Positions 26,801 to 35,071 of a stretch of DNA of 64,000 nucleotides are shown piece by piece (positions within the stretch are counted from its first letter, which is position 1; every line of letters begins with the position of its first letter). The position numbers and the translations under genes were made by a program. The stretch lies in the IMG/VR virus record IMGVR_UViG_3300033977_000049, positions 1 through 64,000 of that record. One strand, written 5' to 3'. Below the pieces are notes generated by a model. That model saw only the letters and a list, made by a program, of their open reading frames with translations. It was not told the DNA's origin and searched no databases. The DNA comes from a virus.

Positions 26801-27900
26801 GCTTGAAATCCTGCTGCCACTCCTAGTCCTATATTACCCAAAATAGAAGGTGCCATTTCAAGTGCTTGTGCCGGATCTTCAGAAAGAGCCTTTCTAAATT
26901 GAGGATATTGGTATATCGCTCCCAATATCATATTTGTACTAAAACCTAAATCAGTTAACCCCTGTATGGTTTTTGCAATAGTATCAGCCTTGGTTAATGG
27001 CATTCTAGCGCTACGAAGTATAGCGCCAAGTCCATTAATAATCAGTCCGCGATTTCTTAAATCGGAAAGATCAAGCCCTATCCTTCTTAGCCAATATCTT
27101 CCTTCTGTAAATAAGCGAGGATTAATGCCAGCCGATGAAAGAGCTTCTGGAACGCTTCTTCCTAAAGACATGGCTTTTTCAGCTATTTGTGCTCCACGGG
27201 CGATTTCTCCTATTTCATCATTTGTAAATAATCTAGCGGCAGCGGCAACTCCCTGCTTGCCTAGCGCTTCAATGGTTTCTTTACTGGCAGCACCAGCCGC
27301 TACATCTCTAAGCGCTGCCTCTCCAGCCGCCGTACCCAATCCACCTCCCCAGGTTCCTATAGTCAATGCGAGCATAGCAGGAGCGGTTTGAGAATATAGC
27401 AAATCTGTAATAAATCTACCCACACCTCCCACAAGTGCTCCAGTATATTTCCCGGCAGCCTCTCCAGCAAAAGTGCTAACAGCTTCTTTAGTGGATTCTC
27501 CGATCTCTTTAGCCCATCTTCCTCCTTCATATTTTAATACATCTGGTAATCCCAAGGCATCAACTATTTGATTGCCCTTAGGTTCCCAAATCCAATCCCA
27601 CATAGATCTGATAACGCCTTCTTTATCTCGCTGGGAAGTGGCAGGTGGGGCTATAGCCGGTTCGGTAGAAACTGGAGTTGAACTGATCGGAATTAATCCT
27701 AATTCCTCTGGGCTTTTGTAACCAATGGATTCTTTTGTTATAGAAGTTAATGGTGTTAGCCCAAGTTCTTCAGGAGATTTATAAGTAGTAGGAAATCGCC
27801 CTGCTATAGGCGGTGCTACTGGCATGGGAGATTTAGCTTTTGTTGCTACGGGAATTAATCCAAGCTCTTCCGGCGATTTGTAAATATCTTGATCTGCCAT
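17878..27900 (-). CDS. Giant (3340 aa) internal virion/ejection protein of large-polyvalent-protein type
   Basis: Last gene of the structural arm; contains degenerate ParB-like, HExxH metallopeptidase, SAM-lyase-like, CxxxCxxC radical SAM and glycosylase-like segments. Confidence 0.8.
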   Translation of the reverse strand: MADQDIYKSPEELGLIPVATKAKSPMPVAPPIAGRFPTTYKSPEELGLTPLTSITKESIGYKSPEELGLIPISSTPVSTEPAIAPPATSQRDKEGVIRSMWDWIWEPKGNQIVDALGLPDVLKYEGGRWAKEIGESTKEAVSTFAGEAAGKYTGALVGGVGRFITDLLYSQTAPAMLALTIGTWGGGLGTAAGEAALRDVAAGAASKETIEALGKQGVAAAARLFTNDEIGEIARGAQIAEKAMSLGRSVPEALSSAGINPRLFTEGRYWLRRIGLDLSDLRNRGLIINGLGAILRSARMPLTKADTIAKTIQGLTDLGFSTNMILGAIYQYPQFRKALSEDPAQALEMAPSILGNIGLGVAAGFQARAHLRPEVGALAEKFGIQNLIPSEEAQKTRQMGGEFDRKVTEVNRTADLFRADKNKTFKDVNPEDRFAAFLLRDRGEDKEALQRDLSLFKESAGRATAEDTERLRPRAEIYDPNARANQEPILKSVDATLMATSGSLDIRQGMSPELREEAQKNIDTVIHRIRAGRPIDPIEIYRDAEGNIVGVNGRYALQAYKDLGFEHIPVLEMGRTDIRPDLTSIHEEMDKRKLEVAGRRLVSTKYTPEEIDRIIKIYEKSINPTARIRELAKLSENEFAADLANAALHDIHIPFIEDYITRIWGKDTDNQAVNRFVHEIRNYSEFHTNISMLNHRIIDDTVLGMLLGKKLLITDPIELMANYKARLGEAIAAREFVADMIDRGNKTSDGRPIAAYSGSGKVVEMPNGENPFLLIDGRRIRDIRIAAKEIEARRKEGTLDKAIKNGDIVVRFPKLAPPEEAVPKVEKPLLQETVGLEPVTDKFRQQIKDAWGMGLTDEQVEGGISLARAFARMRGVSLEEYWRERGLEGFERGTEEHLRAAGIPRERWAGVKGMADFQNDGKVIIRAMQGADFSTLVHEMFHVFRRGLPEEDLRILENWAGVKNGTWTVDAEEKTARALESHLITGRTYVPEMAGVFAKFKRWMRDIYDGLRNPSAQMLKIPLPPFLEEIFGRIGRPRKEILNPHEAISDLVQANNGATFNLYRGNMGVSGEYAVSIYPENEYTIKLDHKPTAKEVQGFIASPKIIGLLRDPSNNVGVWYDKDAKQWIMEVSVTVPDIGQAMMLGKKYNQQGIVHLDGKNYPFISTGGTGIKPGDAAWPNPEDRLGEMRKEQGRKFEQQQFNVLLQMKDKVREEAGVDIKGKRPSIILGPVEGSSFIFPDGRSETVPLGHPEWLTEHGYTDYEDAFNAGLIRIMNPGDQHAGFVGIQFGRLNPNTIEQVSDALTRLKTHPNSPIGIDWNVDREGYGHLAYRNLAEANDSEFGFRKQAMRKLARPNDTLLQGKDSIDLANIPLSAEEIRSREGLPDLKLLNIDGSDISNPNYTYKEASADTGNPWIRRSVDTGKGARETGNAHRTLLVQISNKLINPESSEPRLPEEVMESRYYDKLYDGSRPGYKRLDDFWEIPQWMGFASNFIPDADAYVIRSLSEAKDFLSKAGYGRIAFSALDVNRDMIRNIASAYKGHIDVGGYSGGAEFFKDLPNVKWHDNMASLARDMGVPYKEGVDYRHFKESGQDVIPRLTMSTGCLHKCAFCTIEKRIEMPSPEAINQQADAIGKLGSRLVYLNDKTFGQAPNYEMLPELYNRIKDINPDFGGFIIQTTAAQANKFSIDWLKKSGIRFAEIGVETYNNDLLKELHKPATEQLIDKAAARLKEADIALIPNIMIGLPGETAESMARTVDWLQKNADNISHANIYNTAVYEGTELAKKLTTASEADFDENALEKSWADTTMLRNFAGKLYGLASQMLNSMPESLKRRLPAISTDKLHAAATKGAEFLLQLAPDIDITTLHESASPLEKIVNEARERYALYSRKLAEEIDPRLHHAMGEIYKHAQDLIDESHGAERYGKQQTPTPSGIDQWEWNKLSPHYQKLYLAADTADKAMPEQLKAAALVGAGGRFWYDRYLAGFQKIFNPEDFPIFTKLLAAISPRKAVKTDLIQALQIWGDWNDKGRPADRKSITDIAHGRAIESQKIGTDLAGSEYYDDYRDYRTGEPRPYKVPDNIMSTLSEWSDLSGPKVSAFFANLMGNNHRATIDTWMQLFKGQKPFDYQGRPHEYLLYQAQLRNIAKDLNWTPSQAQASVWIFMRTLAELSGLDTASSKPLDFIVKQMESSPDIWQKELKAQTTDLVELLATDKEVRDALTGAGIDPGVIENAERAAKDAVTRIEEGSVEKPDIKTLQDIATRIQDYRTDLEKNRAAKADSILRLRAEIPKPITRKPYEQGWIIGNDIIPIRKFSTHEQNLKLSSMLKYGLGDTVDSALEKGAIKFGKNGNGYWFEAGKFDIAAKNAIARAIQERFGDAESFSIFSGKSKPFITSDPIDAIRALRYGMMGEHNIHGRISNELNTEAYSTPRSIENIPSNPTALFQESPAWDERDQAVKDGAALLWDHPMPMNEWFRQMRLRHNDAIIKDPEIYADSLRHILKMAEKSRPEDLKNIQKTAANNDTNHLAYIARELARVELIDPRYVQDRVDNALRAAGYSGRYNYKEPKGFVDFPTKPPKLLFQRMGIQESITGSGWISPSGKFKELPEGSEHPDILPERFGTGEEASNKAIDRGYIRIRSWKSDNAPDYKQWNIETSSYQSALDTLNRLPASPDNSDIYISVLREIPLEEWEDRQYNHYHGTIKDITRKLINRANKENILLQEKGGPISGEEMALPPAIEDKTQRLTGVPDNPPPKDPLDATLQRPKGDPIYLYNTHDYMTIDHPAFRHWNWAAYAPDGTPVLVKGDVRVHPDVYQYVTRRLGLEQSPLRGSAVGRAVLGLGTQFKQILLSLSPFHISQLGLRSLMSGVIPRLVKWDLKTDPDLAMLVEQSMTLGHRFQAESDFSEGLSASGTKSILLRKMPGIRDAQNWLQEFTFERLMPSLKAMVGKKLFGEWRERFAKDPKLYERYLQAHPDFSGLDPIRAAARAAAIETNERFGGLNYRDMGRSVGTQDWFRLVTLAPDWLESEVRLVKRLFDPTGGKLLRRDMAYFVGAMWVTARAVNMLVNNGQAHPEAPFGIVTEDKEGHKKVWSMRTLPGDMFHMADDPVGFMRGRASPTMRMATSLYSGRDALGRKLTPWQQTMDVVRNVMPISLQYIGKSAAGEMPAEIPSWQQGLRGAGIIPTPLRSEAESKAIQLATNRTEEGPVDEAALRKHQLMLEYEDQLRKGEISQQDLHQMVEDGQIPLDEAKRIVKEIRTTGGMDPALARLYLRCSRLAMPDFLQVWDLMTSSEKTSLSALMLQKKKAYQTKALKKMTPAERKADPTYQWILRTFPGSRPWEEE

Positions 27901-27912
27901 AATTTATTTTTA

Positions 27913-29838
27913 TTAGGGAAGTATGGCTCCCGCCACAGTTGGGAGCACAGTCCTGGCAGTTGAAATTGCGCCGGGGCGCTGTGAAGGAGGAATTGCTTCT
28001 GCCGCTGCTTCAACTGGAATTTTTTGATATTTTTTATTGTTAATATACCATTGTACATCTTTTATTGGGACTTGTTCTATTTTACCTTCGGGAGTCAGCA
28101 TGGCTGTATAACCCGCACGCTCTCCTGGATGAAATTCTTTCATAAGTTCTGTCGTTCCACGAGGGGGAATTCTTTTATAGCCAGCCTTAATCGCAGCTTC
28201 AGCTTTTTCTTTAGTATCGGCCTTTACTGGTACGCCACCCCTAGGATTATATAGCCATTCCTGCCCTGGCTTAAGACTATCCCATTCTTCTATTGGTATT
28301 TGAGCTTGTAGCGCCGCTATATCCTCGGGTGGAGGGGCCGCAGCTTGAACCTTTCCTCTTAATAGGCCTAGGCGTTGTTGATAGCTATCTCTTTCTCTTT
28401 GTAAACTATCTACAATATCCATTTGTTTTGCAACTGCGGGATCTTTCGGGTCTGCATCTTTAGGAAAGCTAATATGTGATAATTGATCGTTAATAGCATC
28501 CATTCTTTCTTCAAACGTTCCCGCTAAATCAACCGCATCTGAAACGGTTAATGTATCCGCAACCCGTTTTTGAGCCTCATCTGTAGGAACTCCTTGCCTT
28601 TCAAGCGTCATAACATCGCTAGACCATTTTTTGAGAAGATCTAATTGAGCTTGTTTTTGTAGTTGTTCTTTCCGGGTGCCCTTTTCCACGTCTATTTCAA
28701 GATTTCTAAGTAATTGAGATAATCTTTCCGTTTCTAATCTACTCTTTTCAGTTGCCAGTTTAGCTTGTTCTTCTTGTTCTGCTAAATCCCTTATTCGTTT
28801 ACCCGAATTCTTTTCCTCGGCCTGCTCTGTATGTAAAAGTATAGTATTAAATTGATCCCAAGTTATGGATTTATTATTTGCAGCATAACCCTTAAGGGTA
28901 TTAGTCAAGCCTTCAAAATCTTTATCTACTCCGCTTTTTTCTAATTTATCAATAATAGCTTGACCTTCGGGAGTATTGAAGGGGATGGGCTTATTTGGAT
29001 CAATATCAATTACCCCTATATTATTATCGAAACTCACACTACCCCTAGACCCATCTGGATTTAATACATTAGGATCATCTTTCCAGGTTGAAAGATTTGG
29101 ACCAAGATCAATAAATAATTTTTTATGAGCATCACCTGCCATTTTTTTAGCCTCAGCGGTGCTAACTATTTGACCGGACATTTGAAGCTTATTAACTAAT
29201 AGATCATATATAGGACGATTTCCTTCCGTTGCCATTTGTTGAATTTTTAAATCCTGATTAGCCCTGTTATACATACCTTGAATCATTTCTTGATTTAAAT
29301 GAGCTATATTAGCTTGGACTAATGTTTCTTCGCGCTTTTCTCTGGATAATTCCATGCCCCGCTGAAATTCCTGTTGAGCTTGCTGTATTTGCTGTTGGCG
29401 TTGTCCGCCTAAAAATTGACGCTCTGTTTCTGCCCCTGCTATTTCAGCCTGGAATCCTCCGCCCCAGATGTTTCGCTGGTGCTGCTCCATACCAGCCGCT
29501 CCACCTAATATAGAAGCCGCTAATATATCCCGAAAGAATGCTCCGGGCCGTCTTCGGCCAACATTAACTTCTTCCATTTGTCCGGTTTTCGGATTAATTC
29601 TAGGAACAGATTGCTCTGCATTCATTGAGCGATATAAAGATCGTGCTGCGCCACGAATATCTCTTCCCATTCTTTGCCTTAATCCGGGGCGTTGCATTGC
29701 CGGTGGTGCCGCTTGAGTTGCGGCAGGAGGTATAGTAGTAGGGGCAAGAGCGGTTGGCAGTTGCGCACCTGGACTTCCAAGCACTGCTATTCCCGGCGCT
29801 GTATTTGCTTGTGGAGTAATATTATTTCCGTTTGCCAT
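27913..29838 (-). CDS. Putative internal virion (DNA ejection) protein
   Basis: Gln/Ala-rich coiled coil; lies between the pilot-like protein and the giant protein. Confidence 0.6.
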   Translation of the reverse strand: MANGNNITPQANTAPGIAVLGSPGAQLPTALAPTTIPPAATQAAPPAMQRPGLRQRMGRDIRGAARSLYRSMNAEQSVPRINPKTGQMEEVNVGRRRPGAFFRDILAASILGGAAGMEQHQRNIWGGGFQAEIAGAETERQFLGGQRQQQIQQAQQEFQRGMELSREKREETLVQANIAHLNQEMIQGMYNRANQDLKIQQMATEGNRPIYDLLVNKLQMSGQIVSTAEAKKMAGDAHKKLFIDLGPNLSTWKDDPNVLNPDGSRGSVSFDNNIGVIDIDPNKPIPFNTPEGQAIIDKLEKSGVDKDFEGLTNTLKGYAANNKSITWDQFNTILLHTEQAEEKNSGKRIRDLAEQEEQAKLATEKSRLETERLSQLLRNLEIDVEKGTRKEQLQKQAQLDLLKKWSSDVMTLERQGVPTDEAQKRVADTLTVSDAVDLAGTFEERMDAINDQLSHISFPKDADPKDPAVAKQMDIVDSLQRERDSYQQRLGLLRGKVQAAAPPPEDIAALQAQIPIEEWDSLKPGQEWLYNPRGGVPVKADTKEKAEAAIKAGYKRIPPRGTTELMKEFHPGERAGYTAMLTPEGKIEQVPIKDVQWYINNKKYQKIPVEAAAEAIPPSQRPGAISTARTVLPTVAGAILP

Positions 29839-29840
29839 AT

Positions 29841-30248
29841 TTATTCCTTATCCGTTAACCGGACAGATTCATTAAAATATTCTAAAATCGTTTTTTCCGA
29901 TACCTTCTCATCCTGCAACGCTCGCCGGAGAAATGATATTATTTTTTTTACATTACCGGGATCTGATATTCCATATACTCTAAGAAGAGAAGCTAAAGTA
30001 TCAGTGGTTTTGATATTCGCCCGGCTACTACCGCTAATCTTTTTCTCAAGATCGAAATAACCGGCTCTATAACCAGCCACTAAACTTGTAAATTTTCGTC
30101 TACCTTCATCATCGGTTTCATGTTTTCCTGGAGGACCGAAACTTTTAAGCATAAGGGGATTGCGAAGTTTGTAAGCTGTTGATCCAGGATCGGTGAATGC
30201 CCCGTTGAGATTGCCAAGTGCATCTAATAGAGCTTCAAGCTTATTCAT
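29841..30248 (-). CDS. Hypothetical virion-associated protein, possible degenerate lysozyme-like fold
   Basis: RNPLML...F.S...G......L...TL..LL..Y resembles NNPGNI-type phage proteins; start likely ATG 30248. Confidence 0.45.
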   Translation of the reverse strand: MNKLEALLDALGNLNGAFTDPGSTAYKLRNPLMLKSFGPPGKHETDDEGRRKFTSLVAGYRAGYFDLEKKISGSSRANIKTTDTLASLLRVYGISDPGNVKKIISFLRRALQDEKVSEKTILEYFNESVRLTDKE

Positions 30249-30249
30249 T

Positions 30250-31200
30250 TTAAAAACCCTCAGGAACCACGGGTTCAAATGTAGAAGGTCCGGTACTAGT
30301 TACGGCTGATGCTATAGTAGGATTACTTACATCTGCAATTAACTGAGGAGTGCTATTGGTAGGGGTAGAACTTCCACCACCTAAAACCCCTCCCCATTGC
30401 CCAAGACCTCCGCTAAGATAATTAGCTCCAGGTCCAGTTGCCCAGGATGATCCGCTGGCTGCGCCCCCTACGGCCTGCCCGAATTGCGCTCCTAATTGTG
30501 CCCCTGCTGGTCCGCCCAAAACTGCTCCTGCTATTCCACCCAAAGCTCCTCCAATTGCGCCCCATGGACTTGCAGCGGCTTGTTCTGCTGCTATTTGAGT
30601 TTGAGCAGCAAAGGCTTCTTTACCAGCCGCGCTAGCTTGAGCGGCCATAGATGAGGGCGCTTCTAATGCAGCGGTTTGACCAAGCACACCAAGGGCGGTC
30701 TGCCAATTCTGTCTTCCCTGTGCATATCCAGCTTCCGTAATTCCTGTCATTAATTGTGATTCTTGACCTGCCGCTGCTTGATAGCCTTGACCTTGTAATT
30801 GTGCCGCAGCGCCACTAGGGAGGAACGCATTACCCCCTCCCCTTGCCGCCAAAGCTTCATTTAGCGCCTGTTGATTGGCCGCAAAAGTAGTTGCAGTTTG
30901 TCCAATAGCCTGAGTTTCAAGCGCTGCCTGTTCTGTTGGAGAAAATCCATATTGATTAGGCCCGGCAGCTACGATCCCTTGAGCAGCATTTCTAAGGCTG
31001 CCTAAAATAGCCTGTTGACCAGAAAAGGCAGTCGCCCATGCATTATTAAGAGCGGCATAAGTTCCGGACATATCATTAGCAATAGTAGTTTGTGCCACTG
31101 AAGGTCCCTTGGCTAATTCTAATAGGCCATGGTATTCATAAAATTCATGCTCAAGAATATTACCATGCCAATCTATAACAAATTTGGTTGTTATTCTCAT
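30250..31200 (-). CDS. Gly/Ala-rich DNA pilot/ejection protein
   Basis: Ala/Gln-rich body and Gly-zipper WGAIGGALGGIAGAVLGG. Confidence 0.65.
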   Translation of the reverse strand: MRITTKFVIDWHGNILEHEFYEYHGLLELAKGPSVAQTTIANDMSGTYAALNNAWATAFSGQQAILGSLRNAAQGIVAAGPNQYGFSPTEQAALETQAIGQTATTFAANQQALNEALAARGGGNAFLPSGAAAQLQGQGYQAAAGQESQLMTGITEAGYAQGRQNWQTALGVLGQTAALEAPSSMAAQASAAGKEAFAAQTQIAAEQAAASPWGAIGGALGGIAGAVLGGPAGAQLGAQFGQAVGGAASGSSWATGPGANYLSGGLGQWGGVLGGGSSTPTNSTPQLIADVSNPTIASAVTSTGPSTFEPVVPEGF

Positions 31201-31201
31201 A

Positions 31202-31375
31202 TTACTTCTCTTTGGGACTAACTAACTCGTGGGCAGCAGAAATTACTTTCTTTGCCAACACGTTAATTTCTTTTGCAGATACGTTAGGGAAATGGGATCT
31301 GACTATGCGCCCAACAGTAAAGTGCGATAATCTATTAATAGAATTATGGATTTCTCGCCTTTGATTTTTATTCAT
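31202..31375 (-). CDS. 57-aa hypothetical protein (not in ORF track)
   Basis: MNKNQRREIHNSINRL...SPKEK exactly fills the gap, overlapping the upstream stop (TAATG). Confidence 0.55.
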   Translation of the reverse strand: MNKNQRREIHNSINRLSHFTVGRIVRSHFPNVSAKEINVLAKKVISAAHELVSPKEK

Positions 31376-32583
31376 TAAATATTTAACGCTCCCGCTGGTC
31401 TATATCCATTTTTTAAGGATACTAATTCGGCCACTACCCAGCATTCTCCGTCAAAATTTTTCTCGGTTGTAAATAAGCGAGGGGCTTGAAATCTTACCGG
31501 AGTTCCTATTTGCTGAGCTTTGATTTTATTAGTAAAATATAGAAAGCTATTTTGATTCCAAAAGCTTTTATTAGAAGAGTCTTGAAAGGCTCCTCTGCCA
31601 TCGGTTGAAGAAACTTGAATGAATGCCCATCCAGCCGGGGCTAAAACTCTATACAATTCCTTTATAACGTGAATGGGATCTTTTAATTTAGAAAATATAT
31701 CGAAAGCCCTTATAACTCCCACCGAACTATCGGCTAAGGGCCATTTCTTATTTAAATTATTATCTAGGCATGTAAATCCTTGGCGCGTGACTTTACCCAA
31801 TTCTATTTTCTTCAACCCATTAATATCTGCCCAGCGCTCTGTAAGTTGTTTAATATATTTATCATATATCGTAAAAACATTATCTTGAATCTCTGCATTA
31901 ATATCTGATTTTAGCCAAGTATTTTCTCCATGAATTCTGTAAATATATAAACCTTTATCAATTCTGAGAAATTTAGTGGCTAAATACATTCTGCATATTA
32001 AATCCAAATCATCTAATACCCTTAAATCTTTTGCATATCCACCAATAGATTCATAAACGGATTTGCGAAATGCTCTTATGTGATCTGGGGCATACCAAAT
32101 TCTGGAAACAGAATCGGGATATGGATCAAAGGCAATGAATTCATTTAATTTTATCCCATTCCATTCTATTTCTCTATATTTCCAACCATGAGTTTCATCG
32201 TACAATGCAGGCTTCGTATAGCGCGGGCCTTCTTTATTCAATTGAGCATGGACTAGATTAGAATATACAAATCCAATTTCTGGATCTTGAAAGGCTTTAT
32301 AAACTTCCTCTAAGGCGTTGGGCATTAAAAGATCATCGTGATCCATTTCCACAAATATCTCTCCTGTAGCTTTTGCACATGCCGCCGCCTTTAGCGGACC
32401 AATCATTTTAGGGGCATTCCATTCTAAAAATCCCTTAACCCTAGAATCACTAAATTGAATGGGCTGTGCCCCGTTATTATAAAGGATTATCCATTCCCAA
32501 TCCGTATAGGATTGTAATTTTAAAGATTCGTATAACTCATTCAACCATTTAGAATCATGCGTTGCAGTGTATACTGAAATCAT
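31375..32583 (-). CDS. GT2 glycosyltransferase fused to a methyltransferase-like domain
   Basis: ISVYTATH, Q.YTDWEWII, MDHDD, LDDLDL; C-terminal WPLADSSV...KELYRVLAPAG. Confidence 0.85.
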   Translation of the reverse strand: MISVYTATHDSKWLNELYESLKLQSYTDWEWIILYNNGAQPIQFSDSRVKGFLEWNAPKMIGPLKAAACAKATGEIFVEMDHDDLLMPNALEEVYKAFQDPEIGFVYSNLVHAQLNKEGPRYTKPALYDETHGWKYREIEWNGIKLNEFIAFDPYPDSVSRIWYAPDHIRAFRKSVYESIGGYAKDLRVLDDLDLICRMYLATKFLRIDKGLYIYRIHGENTWLKSDINAEIQDNVFTIYDKYIKQLTERWADINGLKKIELGKVTRQGFTCLDNNLNKKWPLADSSVGVIRAFDIFSKLKDPIHVIKELYRVLAPAGWAFIQVSSTDGRGAFQDSSNKSFWNQNSFLYFTNKIKAQQIGTPVRFQAPRLFTTEKNFDGECWVVAELVSLKNGYRPAGALNI

Positions 32584-33110
32584 TATTTTGGTGCGCTCCG
32601 ACTTCCAGAATGAATTCTATATATCCAAGTAATTTCTGGAATAAATTTAAATTTAGCTCCAAGCTCGCCCAATCTTAACCACATATCCCAATTGGGATAA
32701 ACGGCCTTTCTAAATCCATTTACACTTAGCAGTGTAGATTTTTTGGTTAAAACAGTTGTTGGAATATAATTTTTTACCCTTAATGAAAATAAATCAAAAT
32801 CTTGAGATGTCCAGCTTTTACAGGCTCCCTGCATTTCGCAATCAGAATAAATTACGTCACATTCATCATGTTCTGCCCATAATCTTTCTAAATGATGTGG
32901 AAGAAATAAGTCATCGTCATTTAAAAATGCAATCCATTCTGTTTTTGATTCTCTTAATAAAGTATTAAGGGTATCAGCCTCTCCCTTGCGCTGTTGATCT
33001 ATGGCAATAATATGGTCAAACGCCTTCATAGTTTGATGTGAAACGGATTTCCTGCATTCCGTTAGCATACAATAGCGCTCTGGAAGAGATGGAGTTAAAA
33101 CTGTAATCAT
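32583..33110 (-). CDS. GT2 glycosyltransferase
   Basis: ITVLTPS, FLNDDD, WDMWLR, YRIH. Confidence 0.85.
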   Translation of the reverse strand: MITVLTPSLPERYCMLTECRKSVSHQTMKAFDHIIAIDQQRKGEADTLNTLLRESKTEWIAFLNDDDLFLPHHLERLWAEHDECDVIYSDCEMQGACKSWTSQDFDLFSLRVKNYIPTTVLTKKSTLLSVNGFRKAVYPNWDMWLRLGELGAKFKFIPEITWIYRIHSGSRSAPK

Positions 33111-33111
33111 A

Positions 33112-34836
33112 TTACACCACAATTAAAGTTGCTGAAGAATAACCTTGAAGATCTGCAACTTGACCGGCATTTGTAGTCTGTCCTTGTACGTATAAGTGTG
33201 CAGCGCTACTAGGAGTAACAATTGTTCCTTTAATTAAAACCCAACTATATCCGGTTGCTTGACACATTACCGCCCCGACTGATCCAAAGCCAACAGTACC
33301 CACAGCCCCTATCAATTGTGCGCTTAGAGAAGTATTTACTCCCTGTGCTCCTTGCGCTCCCATAATTAATACAGAACCACTAGACATGGCTACAGTACCC
33401 TGTATAGTAAACTGCAAGCCCTGTGCTCCAGCGGAGACGTAAATGGGTAAATATATATCTACTTGATAAGCCGTGGATGTGGCTAATGTTGGAAAGGCAA
33501 ATATATTAGATAAAGTAGTGCTTAAAGAAGCTGCCGCAGCATAGTAAGCATAAAGTGCTCCAGTTGGCCCTGTATAGCCAGTATATCCTGTATATCCAGT
33601 GAAATTACCTGCTCCAGTATAGCCCGTGTAGCCTGTATATCCAGTAGGGCCTGTATAGCCGGTATAACCTGTAAAATTTCCTGGGCCAGTATAGCCAGTA
33701 GGGCCAGTATATCCAGTATATCCAGTAAAGTTTCCCGGTCCAGTATATCCCGTTGGACCTGTGTATCCTGTATATCCAGTATATCCCGTGAAGTTGCCCG
33801 CTCCCGTATATCCAGTAGGGCCTGTATAGCCGGTATAACCTGTAAAATTTCCTGGGCCAGTATAGCCAGTAGGGCCAGTATATCCAGTATATCCAGTAAA
33901 GTTTCCCGGTCCAGTATATCCAGTTGGGCCGGTATATCCGGTATAGCCTGTATATCCTGTAAAATTTCCCGGTCCTGTGTAACCGGTGTATCCCGTTGGA
34001 CCGGTTCCGGTATATCCAGTATATCCGGTATAGCCGGTTGCACCCGCTCCTGTATAGCCTGTATATCCAGTATAACCAGTAAAATTACCAGGTCCGGTAT
34101 ATCCGGTATAGCCGGTTGCACCCGCTCCTGTATAGCCTGTATATCCAGTATAACCAGTAAAATTACCAGGTCCGGTATATCCAGTTGGCCCTGTATATCC
34201 AGTTGGTCCTATTACTCCAGCAGTACCTTGAGGTCCTGTATAGCCGGTATAACCGGTATATCCAGTTGGGCCAGTGTATCCAGTAAAAGCTCCAGATCCG
34301 GTATAACCGGTATATCCAGTTGGACCGGTATATCCCGTAAATGCCCCAGGGCCGGTATAGCCTGTATAACCCGTAGGGCCGGTATATCCAGTATAACCTG
34401 TAAATGCACCGGGGCCAGTATAGCCTGTATAGCCAGTGGGACCTGTATACCCCGTATATCCAGTAAATGCACCCGCGCCGGTATATCCAGTGGGTCCAGT
34501 ATATCCCGTATAACCAGTATAACCAGTTGGTCCAGTCGCTCCAGCCACGCCAATAGGTCCAGTATAACCTGTATAGCCGGATGGTCCGGTATATCCAGTA
34601 TATCCAGTTGGGCCAGTATAACCAGTAAAATTACCCGGACCTGTATATCCGGTATAACCAGTAGGACCCGAAAATCCACCATAGGGAAGAGAATTCCAAG
34701 CTGTTACACCATCCCCAATTTTTATTTGATGGGTATCGATTTCTAGTCCCATTTCTCCTGAATAGAGAACTGGGTTATTCGATGTCCAGTTGGAGGCGGT
34801 ATCTCTTCGGAATTGAAAGATCAAATCGAAAGACAT
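33112..34836 (-). CDS. Fibre protein: Mtd-N-type anchor domain, Gly-Tyr-Thr/Gly-Pro-Thr repeats, C-terminal beta head
   Basis: [39 protein letters not shown], then about 370 aa of G-X-T repeats. Confidence 0.85.
   Translation of the reverse strand: MSFDLIFQFRRDTASNWTSNNPVLYSGEMGLEIDTHQIKIGDGVTAWNSLPYGGFSGPTGYTGYTGPGNFTGYTGPTGYTGYTGPSGYTGYTGPIGVAGATGPTGYTGYTGYTGPTGYTGAGAFTGYTGYTGPTGYTGYTGPGAFTGYTGYTGPTGYTGYTGPGAFTGYTGPTGYTGYTGSGAFTGYTGPTGYTGYTGYTGPQGTAGVIGPTGYTGPTGYTGPGNFTGYTGYTGYTGAGATGYTGYTGPGNFTGYTGYTGYTGAGATGYTGYTGYTGTGPTGYTGYTGPGNFTGYTGYTGYTGPTGYTGPGNFTGYTGYTGPTGYTGPGNFTGYTGYTGPTGYTGAGNFTGYTGYTGYTGPTGYTGPGNFTGYTGYTGPTGYTGPGNFTGYTGYTGPTGYTGYTGYTGAGNFTGYTGYTGYTGPTGALYAYYAAAASLSTTLSNIFAFPTLATSTAYQVDIYLPIYVSAGAQGLQFTIQGTVAMSSGSVLIMGAQGAQGVNTSLSAQLIGAVGTVGFGSVGAVMCQATGYSWVLIKGTIVTPSSAAHLYVQGQTTNAGQVADLQGYSSATLIVV
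33555..34668 (-). repeat. Collagen-like G-X-T coding repeat with internal duplications
   Basis: 9-bp periodicity; near-identical blocks at about 33641/33812 (171-bp offset) and 34025/34103 (78-bp offset). Confidence 0.9.
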
Positions 34837-35069
34837 TATGAAACCTGTGCAGAATTACCAAAATCTATCGCAAAACAACTACTGGTTCTCGGGGTAGAAG
34901 CAGAACCTCCATCAATAAGTAAATTGCCAAAGAAAATAGTAGCCATCTGATTTAATGAAGCCTGTACCGTTTGGCCGCTTTGCACTAGGGGTATAATTTC
35001 CCCTCCCTGTAGGGCAGCGGCTTGCGGCAATTGGCTTATTTTTATCTCTTGTCTATTAATATATGCCAT
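34836..35069 (-). CDS. Small tail-associated protein
   Basis: [18 protein letters not shown] motif typical of fibre N-termini; IDGGSA. Confidence 0.6.
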   Translation of the reverse strand: MAYINRQEIKISQLPQAAALQGGEIIPLVQSGQTVQASLNQMATIFFGNLLIDGGSASTPRTSSCFAIDFGNSAQVS

Positions 35070-35071
35070 GA

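Noticed and set aside
18266-27391. Numerous + strand ORFs opposite the giant gene, and alternate-frame ORFs over the collagen repeats
   Set aside because: Shadow ORFs caused by codon bias and repeats; no RBS or recognisable motifs
17878-27900. Tape measure protein or virion RNA polymerase
   Set aside because: No tape-measure periodicity, no tail tube or chaperone genes, and no RNA polymerase catalytic motifs that I could recognise
33112-34836. Diversity-generating retroelement target (Mtd-like N-terminus)
   Set aside because: Only the anchor domain resembles Mtd; no reverse transcriptase or template/variable repeat pair was found in the window
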